Assembly: GCF_964204645.1 (NCBI RefSeq)
Contig: NC_134036.1
Span: forward strand, 1-64,000
Reading direction: 5' to 3'
DNA from: Tubulanus polymorphus
Lineage: Eukaryota; Animalia; Nemertea
Length of the DNA stretch: 64,000 bases
Positions 1 through 15,076 of this stretch are shown here, in pieces (position 1 is the stretch's first letter; every line of letters starts with the position of its first letter). Made by a program: the position numbers and the translations under genes. Under the pieces are notes generated by a model. That model made no database searches and had not been told where the DNA came from. It was given only the letters and a program-made list of their open reading frames with translations.

Positions 1-160
1 TGTCTCTCTCACCCTGTCTCTCCTCTCTGTCTCTCTGTCTCACCCTGTCTATGCTCTCTGTCTCACCCTGTCTCTCCTCTCTCTCTCTCTCTCTCACCCT
101 GTCTCTCCTCTCTGCTCTCTCTCTCTCTCACCCTGTCTAGGCTCTCTGTCTCTCTGTATG
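1..160. repeat. CT-rich low-complexity/microsatellite tract
   Basis: Degenerate (CT)n and CTCACCCTGTCT units read directly. Confidence 0.85.
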
Positions 161-1299
161 TCCCGCTGCAGTCTCAGACGCAATCATGTAATTAATGACA
201 TGTACAAATCACCTAGACAACACAAAACACATAGCTCCACAGTAAATCACCACTTAACATGTTCCACCGTACTGGTACCGTACTGGTACCGTACTGCTGC
301 TGCAGCTGGTGTAGTGTTCCCTGCCCCCTGACACTCACCGCGAGAGATGGGAGAGGGTTGACACTGTCCCCGGGTAAGTGAGGATGCTACAGTTTGTTAC
401 CGACTCATATCGTGCACTACAACATTAACAGCTCTTTAAATGTATTGATTAAATATTGAATATTTTATGTACCGTAAATAACAGAGTCGAGGGATGATTA
501 TCTGCTCCCGAGGGGGGATGAGGGGAGGGTGAGGGGAGGATGAGGGGAGTAATCAGCTCTAATCTAACGAGCAATTACAATATAACACATTAGTACATTA
601 GAATATTGAAACAACACCTGCTGCAGATACACTGTACAATCCCCACTCCCCATTCCTCAATCCTCAACTCCCACTAACTGACTGACCACAACAGACAGTG
701 ATACACAGCTATATATAGTGGATTTAAACCCGGGACATCCGGTGATCGTCGCTGTTCGGAATATTCTAGATATGTATGTGGTTAGTTTATACAGTGTTAA
801 ACCACAAAGTTTCACTTATCAGTATTCAGTAGTAGAGATGAGAGAGGAGAGAGAGGAGAGAGAGGAGGAGAGAGGAGAGAGAGGAAAGAGAATACAGTGA
901 ACTACTGTACACGTGTGTGTAGGAACAAACTGTAAAACTGTGTCTGATTTATTTATAGGTAAAATTCATTATTACTATTTACTGACAGTTTATTGATAAA
1001 CCACATATACAACATAATTCTAGTATCTCCCCCAACCTCCCTCTCTCCCCCTCTCTCCCCCTCTCTATCAAACTTCATTAATGCTTCAATCACTGATAGT
1101 ACATCGATGTTTTTATCTGTAGTTACTGTTTATAGATCTATAGGCAACGTAAAACATTACATTTTTAGGTATGATTGTGTTAATGAACAGGTGAAATGTG
1201 GAGAGGGTCCCTAAATAAGCAGTATACAGTAGTGTGTGGGTGTGACATCTGATCACTACTCACTCACTGAGGTCACATGACCACCACTGAACAATCACA

Positions 1300-1600
1300 G
1301 TGACCCTAACATACCTAGGGTTAGGGTTAGCCAATCACAGCAACCCTAACAAATCAGTCCTGGTCATCATGGATACCTAGGGTTAGGGTTAGCCAATCAC
1401 AGCAACCCTAGCAAATCAGTCCTGGTCATCATGGAGACCTAGGGTTAGGGTTAGCCAATCACAGCAACCCTAGCAGACCACTCTGGCCACCTAGGGTTAG
1501 GGTTAGCCAATCACAGCAACCCTAGCAGACCACTACTGTCACCAACTAGCCGGCCAATCAGAGGCCAGGACCTAGGGTTAGGGTTAGTAGCCAATGAGGA
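1300..1600. repeat. Minisatellite (51-63 bp units) containing (TTAGGG)2 telomere words and a CCAAT box
   Basis: CCTAGGGTTAGGGTTAGCCAATCACAGCAACCCTA repeated about 4 times, plus a partial copy. Confidence 0.85.
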
Positions 1601-1700
1601 CTGGCCTTACATCAGGTCAGCTGTGAGGACTTCACTGTGACTGACACTATACCCAGCTGAGGACTACTGGGTTAGGAGAAAGCTATGCTGTACAGATTAT

Positions 1701-2047
1701 GACTGCTGGGTCAGGAGACTGCTATGCCCAGCTGTTAGGACTGCTGGGTCAGGAGACTGCTATGCCCAGCTGTTAGGACTGCTGGGTTAGAAGACTGCTA
1801 TGCCCAGCTGTTAGGACTGCTGGGTCAGGAGACTGCTATGCCCAGCTGTTAGGACTGCTGGGTCAGGAGACTGCTATGCCCAGCTGTTAGGACTGCTGGG
1901 TCAGGAGACTGCTATGCCCAGCTGTTAGGACTGCTGGGTTAGAAGACTGCTATGCCCAGCTGTTAGGACTGCTGGGTCAGGAGACTGCTATGCCCAGCTG
2001 TTAGGACTGCTGGGTCAGGAGACTGCTATGCCCAGCTGTTAGGACTG
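1701..2047. repeat. 38-bp minisatellite, about 9 copies
   Basis: Unit GACTGCTGGGTCAGGAGACTGCTATGCCCAGCTGTTAG. Confidence 0.95.
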
Positions 2048-2319
2048 TACAGATTAGGGCTGACTTCAGCAGTATTTGAAATCGAGATCCTAAATTTAGA
2101 AACATTTTTATTCCCAGTGAAAGAAACGTATGTAACACCTGTTTAAAGGTTCACTCATCTCTCACTAGATTTAAAACAGTCAAAGAGATGAAAGAAACTA
2201 TTTAAAACTCTGCAGCCTTCAGTTCTATATACAACAACTCATTCAATACAAGAAACTTTACTTTTCACTGGAAATAAATGAGGATTTACAGTAAACATGA
2301 ACACAGGGTACACCAGAAA

Positions 2320-2503
2320 ACCATGAAGAGAAGAGAGGGGACACCATGAACAGAGAGGGGACACCATGAACAGAGAGGGGACACCATGAACAGAGAGGGG
2401 ACACCATGAACAGAGAGGAGACACCATGAACAGAGAGGGGACACCATGAACAGAGAGGAGACACCATGAACAGAGAGGGGACACCAGAAAACAGGGGGGC
2501 ACC
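2320..2503. repeat. 20-bp minisatellite, about 8 copies
   Basis: Unit ACACCATGAACAGAGAGGGG. Confidence 0.95.
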
Positions 2504-3542
2504 AGAATATCACAAACAGGATGTTACTGTACCAGGGCTGTGCGTATTTCTATATTATGATAGTGAACTTATTTCTGTTTTGACGTTTAAGAAATTTCAT
2601 CAGAATCAGGGACAGAATCTGTGTTCATGAATAAATTTACTGTCATCAGTAGAGACAGTAAGAGCGGTAAGAGCAGTGAAAGCAGTGAGAGCAGTAAGAG
2701 CAGTAAGACACTTACATGTATTTAGTAAATCCATGATCTCAATAACAGTCAACTTCATCATCAGTCAATAAATGAGAATATAGTAATATGTGAAATACCT
2801 CAGTGACGCACCTCTTCTCAATGTCGTCGTAGTTCACTGTATTTATCCCGGTTATCCTTACAACGTCCATCTTTATTTCTCTGACATCAGCATCATGGAT
2901 CAGTCTATTACGTATCGATGCGGGGGTAGGGTAGGTATGTGTAATACTATTGTAAAAGTGTTTGTAGTTGTAAATCCTAATTAAAAACGCTTCACAGATT
3001 TCTCTGTTTTTTTGGTGAATAAAACACGTATTTTCAAACCATAGTTTTTTCTCTTCGATCTCTCAAACTGACACATCAATAATAAATCCACAATAAACTG
3101 ATATATCTTTATTTTGAAAGCCCAATTATTAAGGAATATCAGTTTAGATGGATCTTCATTTATAAATCTCACAAATTTTAAATGTGAGAATCTCAAATAT
3201 CAATATCATACATTGAGAGAGAGAGATCTCACAGAACTGAACCAACCCTGGCATGTGAATTGATCGTACACTCATCGCTACGACGACCACCGCCGCAGCA
3301 TCAGCAGCCAGCTCCGCGGAGAGAGAAAGATGAGTCATCTTCATACGTAACCTTGGTAACCTAGCAACCGGTAGAGTTGATTGTGACGGAGGGTGGTACA
3401 GGTAGAACAGGTAGTTTTAGTCACTATGACTGAATGAGTCATCGGCGGAGTTAAAAATAAACTAGAAACTCTGTAATCAGTCAGTAGGAGGCAGCACTGT
3501 CTAGTACCCTAGTCTCATCTCACTAATTACTTAATTAGACCC

Positions 3543-3889
3543 GATATTTCAGATAGACAGCGAGTGGTATATTGATATTTCAGATAGACAGTGAGTGGTA
3601 TATTGATATTTCAGATAGATAGTGAGTGGTATATTGATATTTCAGATAGACAGTGAGTGGTATATTGATATTTCAGATAGACAGTGAGTGGTATATTGAT
3701 ATTTCAGATAGATAGTGAGTGGTATATTGATATTTCAGATAGACAGTGAGTGGTATATTGATATTTCAGATAGACAGTGAGTGGTATATTGCTATTTCAG
3801 ATAGACAGTGAGTGGTATATTGCTATTTCAGATAGACAGTGAGTGGTATATTGATATTTCAGATAGACAGTGAGTGGTATATTGATATT
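3543..3889. repeat. 31-bp minisatellite, about 11 copies, abutting a splice donor
   Basis: Unit GATATTTCAGATAGACAGTGAGTGGTATATT. Confidence 0.95.
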
Positions 3890-3892
3890 TAC

Positions 3893-4271
3893 CGTTATAA
3901 TTCTGATCTAAAGTCAGAGTAGAATTGTTAACGCTGCTGCCGTTCTCAACAATCGTTTCTCCGTTTTCGTAAATGTTCTGCGTCGAATCATCGCGTTGAT
4001 AGAGGGCGCCACCGGTCCGTAAAACGTCGCTATTCTCGTATATATGTTCTAGGGGATTCCCCGATATTCTCCGAGCTGTACCGACAACGGCGCCATCTAT
4101 ATTTCCGTTATTACAACTCGTTTTTAGCGATTCCATCATTACTCCGTCGTCTAGCAACCGCTGTCGATATACGGACAGCTCCCCCTGGTGGTTGTTTAAA
4201 GCATGATGAGTTGTAGAATCTCTCAGTTTAAACGACGCGAATCTTTTCTTTAATTCGTCGAATGAAGCCAT
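3893..4271 (-). CDS. Probable first coding exon of an uncharacterised protein with two IYEN tyrosine motifs; gene probably continues beyond the left edge
   Basis: Acceptor TATTAG just upstream of the ATG (4271). 126 non-repetitive codons MASFDELKKRF...HIYENSD...NIYENGE...NYN end at a GTAAAT donor (3892). A promoter-like region with a YY1 motif lies at about 6.78 kb. Downstream exons (candidates near 2799-2976 and 339-416) were not resolved. Confidence 0.5.
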
Positions 4272-4319
4272 TCACTAATACAACTACAATAAAAATACAT
4301 TACTGTGTTAGTTTATCTC

Positions 4320-4490
4320 TGGAGGGGGAGGGGGGCTGTAAGGAGGGGGGCAGGGAGACTGAGGGGGTAGGGGGCTGTAAGAAGGGGAGGGGGCTGTAAG
4401 GAGGGGGCAGGGAGACTGAGGGGGTAGGGGGCTGTAAGAAGGGGAGGGGGCTGTAAGGAGGGGGGCAGGGAGACTGAGAGGGGGAGCAAG
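4320..4490. repeat. G-rich tandem repeat
   Basis: GGGGGCTGTAAG / GGGAGACTGAG units. Confidence 0.85.
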
Positions 4491-6699
4491 AACTCACTGA
4501 AACCTTTAAAATACCAATCCCTATTTACAGTATTTCAGCATCGCAAATGAAAGTGTTGAAAATATCAAATGTCAATATAAACGACTGAATGAGATATGAA
4601 TCTAGTGAAATATCAAATCAATAAATCAATGATCAACTACATTAAATGCAGTCAGTGAAATATCAGAACAGTAAGTGTCAGTGAAATGGATATAATGTGG
4701 GTCTCAGCTGCTGAAGTGGAAACTAAGAAAAATTCTAGTTCAATTAACCTGATTCGAAGAGCAATTTACTGACATTTACTGAATATCTGTCATAATTAGA
4801 CCTCAATTCAACACAATCACTATAAAAATTAAATCAAAAACATATTCACTAAAAAAGAACAGCATTTACACAGAAACATCAACACACTATAGTCCTATAG
4901 TCTAAACAACACTCCTACCAATACCCAAACACCTCCCAACACTCCTACAAATACCCAAACACCTCCCAACGCTCCTACAAATACCCAAACACCTACACCT
5001 CCCAACACTCCTACACTCTCATCAACATTAAACTATCTATAACAATTGAAGTTTGAATAAACAATAATCAATAAATGTTTATATTCAAATATGATGAAAC
5101 AACATCAATATCAACTGGTGCCCACTATATTGATATACCAGGGCGCCCAACCCGCTGCGGTAGGTTGCTGGTACCGACTACATCGATATATTGATATACC
5201 AGGGCGCCCAACCCGCTGCGGTACTGTTTATTGAAGATATTCATAGTATGAAATAATGTAAATTTCTATCTACTCACAAGGTTTAAGTGTTGTATCAGTG
5301 TTAGTGAGAGACTGACTGATTGAACAGTACTATAAACAATACCGATACCACAGATACAGTACAGTCAGTAACAGCAGAGAGGGGAGGGAGGAGGAGAGTG
5401 AGATGAGAGAGAGGAGTGAGGTAAGACTGACGTAGTTGAGGAGAGGTATAGACAAGTAGATTGAAGAGGTAATTACTGGTGAATAACAGATGAATAATTG
5501 ACAGATTGTGAAATTTAAATATCAGTGAAACTAAACTAAACATGGACATATAACAGTTCAGTTTCCTATTTCATTGATTACTGGGCAAGAGAAATCAATA
5601 AATCAATATCTGATCAACTGATCACTGATTGATTACTGATCGAAAACGTTCCATGATTATAACAATAATTGACGGTTATTACCATAGTAACTGACCGTGC
5701 ATTAACGGTCGGTAACAATCCGAATAAATCGATTACCGCGGCAACTCGGGAATGATATTAGCATTTTTAACAGCAGTCATTTATAGAGGAAGAAAGGAGG
5801 AGGAGATAGGACGAGGGAGGAGAGATGAGATAGGGCGAGGGAGGAGAGATGAGATAGGGCGAGGGAGGTTGCATATTGTGTAATGCAAAAATAATTGAGT
5901 GAATCTCCTACAAATGAACTCAATCTCACTGTAGCAGCAGCGGCAGCAACAGCGAACAATCGCTTACTGGCTCATTACAGGTTACCATAGCAACTGTCTT
6001 CTATTGCCTTCACTGAACAGCAGACAGACAGTGTGCGTGCTCAGTCTGCGTGTAATATGACTTCTAATGAACTCAATGTAAATATCAACATGTACACCAA
6101 ACTCTGCTCCCTCCCCCATACTGTCTAGAGAGAGACCCTTAATACCCCATTAACTATTTCACTATCTACAGACATTATTGCCTTCCCTCTTAAATACATA
6201 ATCATATCAAATAATAATTTATACAGTTTTAAATAATATGGCAGTTCAAAACTCAATAATCCTATGACCTATAGGTCCACAGACTAGTACTCAAGAAATC
6301 AAATTGAAATAGCCTGATCCTGTCCTGAGACAATTTCATTTCACACACAACTTCAATTATAAAATACAAAACAGACAGATTGACAGACACAGACAGGTCG
6401 ACAGACATAGACAGGTTGACAGACCGGTTTCAGTTTAAGACACAAATGATGTTGATACTTCCAATGATCGTGACATTTCTCGTATCAATCGGGATGACCA
6501 AGTTTTTTTGTTGGAGACATTTGTCAATTTTAAATCGAGTTTTCTACCTTTCTGTTGAATTCGACGAGTAAAATACGAATAAAACGAGATAAATTAAACT
6601 TACAAGTAATCGTATGAGTCGCTGAACCGATGAATCATTGGTCAATAATCCTCACAAATACACTTTAAAAACCGCCACCGTTTTTTCTCAAAAAAATCC

Positions 6700-6840
6700 A
6701 TTTTTTCGGAGTGGTAGTCGCTCCACAAATGAGCCCGGAATCCGACACGGAAAACGGACTACGCGACGGACTTCAGCCGCCATATTGAATTTATATTCAT
6801 GCGCTAGCCTTATTACGTAGGTCGAGGGCACCACCGCTGA
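6700..6840 (-). promoter_or_regulatory. Probable promoter/TSS of the left-hand minus-strand gene (YY1 motif)
   Basis: CpG-richer patch with GCCGCCATATT (6776-6786, YY1 consensus) and a minus-strand GTAAGT donor at about 6603. Confidence 0.45.
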
Positions 6841-8077
6841 GACAAAATAGAACTTTTTTGACCCGATTGATGACGATTTAAGGATTAATTTCTACACATA
6901 TCAACCGATTGTACAATATTGAATACTTTTCAACGCATAAATATTCAATTAAAGTAAAAATCATACGTATTAGTAGACTTTGGCTGTTCTATTCAGTTTG
7001 CTTCAACCCGCTGATAATTTTACGGCGGGCGTCACATAGAAGAGCCATTTTTTTCCTAGGTAAGATGGGAACACAGACTGCCTTATCACTACTAGGAAAA
7101 ATATCTTTGTTTCTTATAACATTACATCCTTATTTTTAAAGCGAATTAAAAAAAGAACGAAAAACAAAGACGCCCTCTATTGTTCACATATCTAGACTCA
7201 ATAGCTGTTTATTTTGTATTCCATACATTAAAATGATTAACTGATAAATGACGTATATTTTTAGTTCACTATGATCAACATTTTTTTTTACAATAATATT
7301 TAACTTTCAACATAAAACAAGTTCAGTTCCAAATATTCGTCATACAAGCAAGTTTCACAGTTCACATTTTACACAATAGGTGGCGCTATATAACTATATA
7401 TATATTTGAAGACTATGCACGGGCGAAGAAGAACGGTCTCATCGCCATGGAGCTGTATTTACATGTCCTATTTACAATTTATTTACATTTTATTTCAAAG
7501 CCACAAAATTCAATTGTAAGTTAAAATTCTCGCATTTATCGACAAACAAGACAAGAATTTCTAAATCATAATTTTTCTTTTTTATCTAAAGCGTTTTAAA
7601 TGCGTAGTAGAAGAATTATTATTACATGATTTTTGATTTAAAATAAAAATCTTTTTATTAATAAAAATTTCGTAATAGGTTTTTTTTTTCAAATAGTAAA
7701 ATCTCGATACGTTTTTTATTTACAGAAATAATCAGTGTCATTCACCGGGCAATCGAGTCAGATCACACTCCCTAGAGGGAGCCACAGTCAGCTATACTCC
7801 CCTCACTACACATAGAGGGAGCCACACTATATAGCACATATATATATATAAGTACAGATATTTCACTCCTAATGGTATAATATTTTTCTGCAGATTTTGT
7901 TGCATCGTTCCCGAAATAGTATCAACAATGAAAATTTAAACAAGTCGGTATCGCCATAGAAACCATCAGTCGTCGCGGTGATTTACGATTGAAAATGCGG
8001 CGTGAATACCGGGATTTACGCACGTCAGTCCGTCCGTGAAATATAACGCTACGTTTCACATATAGGCGGCGCTAGTT

Positions 8078-12284
<4,207 letters not shown>

Positions 12285-12972
12285 TCTTAGATGATCACCG
12301 ATATCTACGATGTGTTAACTATAATCCTAATCCACGGATTAAGCAATAATCCCGACGCCAAGTGGTTTAATCCGGCCTGAAATGTTGTCAAAATACATCA
12401 CAATTTCGTCCATGAAAATTCACGACCGAACAACGTCCATCTTCATATCCGTGCGCATCTTCCTGAGTAAAAATAACATTCAGTTGATGCGCAATAACGT
12501 TGCGAAAATATGATTTTTAAAACTTTATTCTCAGATATTTCGAGTTTCGACCATCAAATCCTAAAAATTTTCACATTTTACTCATATTTCGACGATTTTC
12601 CGGATCTGAACCCAGACCCTGGTTAAAGTAGCTCCATGTTGTATTACTACGTCTCTCAGTGATCCGCCCAATATGTCTGGGATGTGTTTATAGTCTGTTC
12701 ACGATCTGTTCAGATATACACACTATTTCAAATCAATAAATAAACAACAAAATAGTTTAGAAAAACTTTTTTATTTCAAAAACTTCATCACAAGAAAGAA
12801 AAACAACTCGATTCTGCGTTAAATGCAAAAAGTTAATGAAAAATGTCTAAACAACAATCAATTAAATATATCTATATAATTATAATTATTTACACACCAA
12901 AATTAAACAAAAACACACTAAAAATTGCAATAAAAAATTTGCTGAAAATTCTCTTAAAAGCAAAAACGACTT

Positions 12973-14315
12973 TTAAATATAATCGGTGTTACTATTGGTC
13001 GCTGTTTTCTTCAACAGCGCCACCTGTTGTCTGGTGAATTTAGTTATAGGAGGACGGAATGATTGCGTTGTTGGAGGTTTCTCCGAGGTTGGACGACAGA
13101 CGCTCGGTTTCAATCGTAACACTTCATTACACAATATTTCAAACACTTCCACAGATTCCGGTCTCAATTCACTAAAAACAATTACATCGATATATCAAAT
13201 CATTAACGATATATCAAATCATTAACGATATATCAAAACAATTTATCTGAAATATCATGATATAATTTTACCGTTTCATCGCTTCGTAAATTCCTGGTAC
13301 GAGAGCAGCGGCCGAAATAGCTGAATGCGTAACCATGGTAGCATTTAACGGTCGACGCGCCCAGAACAACTCCGTATCGTTCGGCTCATCCTGTAACCAT
13401 GGAGATTGCAACAATTAGATACCAATCAATTCAAACATGTTTTCTATGATAGATTTTTATATTGTTACCAATAAATGTTTTTCGATAACGTCACTATCGT
13501 TACCATGGCGACAATATTTCATATATAAGTTATAAACGGAGATGAATCTGGGAGAGAGGCTCGCGTCTTTCATTAACACAGCGTAAGCAATCTAAAGTAT
13601 AAAACACAGGCGCAGCAGTTAATGTAAATATTCTAAAATATAAAACATACAATTCATGTAAACTTCTAACAAAACAGCTAAAACAATTGATAACTTGTTT
13701 CTCTCATTTCTGCTGAGTTTAAAAGTCGACCCAGCGGACCGCCTCCATTACCTTATCCAATCTTATAATAACTAACAATAACAGACCCGGCAGTTATAGA
13801 AATGAACTGATTACAAATTTTATTGCTGTTAAAAAAGTGACCCCCAGCCGAGTAGGAGAAACAATAATCTAATAAAGTATTGTAAAAATTTGACATAATC
13901 GCACCTGGGTATCGAATACATTCTGAACGCGAATTCCGTATTGTTGAAATAAAGCGCGGTTGTCACGGCGAACATCGTGAAATACTTTGATCAGATCAAC
14001 TGCTTGTAATAAACGGATGATTCGTCCTTCGATGATTAATTCAGGATTCTGTTTTATATCAAACTCGTAGATTTTACCCGAATACGTCGAAATCATCAAC
14101 AACATCAGAGGACCTTTAAAATCAAAACGGCTTCAATTATTGATTGATACTAGCGACATCTACAGGCTAATACCGGAACTCATACTCTTACCGTTATAGA
14201 AAGTACGTTTACACGCTACACCAATAACAGGCTCGCGTTCTTTAGTCAGGATATCATTGACGACTTGACGGGCTGCTGCAACAGTCGTTACCAAGACAAC
14301 CAGTGGTTTACCCAT
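12973..14315 (-). CDS. Egalitarian/EXD1-like DEDDy 3'-5' exonuclease-domain protein, predicted catalytically inactive, 257 aa
   Basis: Exons 14315-14192, 14113-13905, 13591-13469, 13390-13272, 13171-12973 (GT-AG, in frame). Family motifs: IYEFDI, IKVFHDVRRD, YGIRVQNVFDTQIAY, FWARRPL, RPESVEVFEILCNE. Confidence 0.85.
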
Positions 14316-14489
14316 CCTTCAAGCTGAAAATACGGGTAAAGTTCCCATGATCAATATAATGAATTGAATTTGGATTGAAACACACTAAAACACGTATTTC
14401 GCATCGATTCGTGGTAAATGAAACACATTTTATCGACGAACAACAAATGAAGATTCGTTTGAATAATCTCAGAAAAATTCAGCCGCATA

Positions 14490-15076
14490 CCTCCAATATT
14501 TCAGCCTTAATTCATATTTAATTCATACTGTTTATTTTTCGTTGCGCCGTAATGGGCGGCGACCTTGGGGTTTCCAGCGACTAGTCGTCACCGCATTTCA
14601 ATTTAAAAAATTTTCAAAATTATTTTATTGTAAAGACACAAAAAAATGAAGTAAAAAAAAATCAGCTCAGGTCGGGTCCCTTAAATAAATGAGAAAATTA
14701 GATAAAAATCAATTCGGTCTATCCGCATTTTAGTCGCTTACTGTCCGATCCGGAATTTAGCGATATTCTAATGATAAACAAAACAAAATGGCCGCCGCTG
14801 AACATCTGAAATTTTGACCGGATTCTTTTTGGTTTTTCACCCTGTTTTGACGGAATTGAAACTACAATGAGTTAAAGGTGAAAACATTTGAGTAAAACTG
14901 ATTTTATTGTTTCAGATTATTGTCAGTTTTTTAATGAATCGATGAATTTAAGGCTGGTTTTAATGGTTCAAAATGAGTTGTTTATTTTCTCTGATTCGAC
15001 TCAATCGACTTAATCGGCCGATTTTATTACAATCTCAATGAAAAACTACTTCTTTTGTACAGAATTTTAAAACAAT
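14490..15076. promoter_or_regulatory. Bidirectional promoter region between the exonuclease-like gene and Arkadia
   Basis: Head-to-head start codons at 14315 (-) and 15077 (+). YY1 consensus CAAAATGGCCGCC at about 14784-14796. Confidence 0.6.

Noticed and set aside
1300-1600. True telomere or chromosome end
   Set aside because: Only two TTAGGG words per unit, embedded in a minisatellite.
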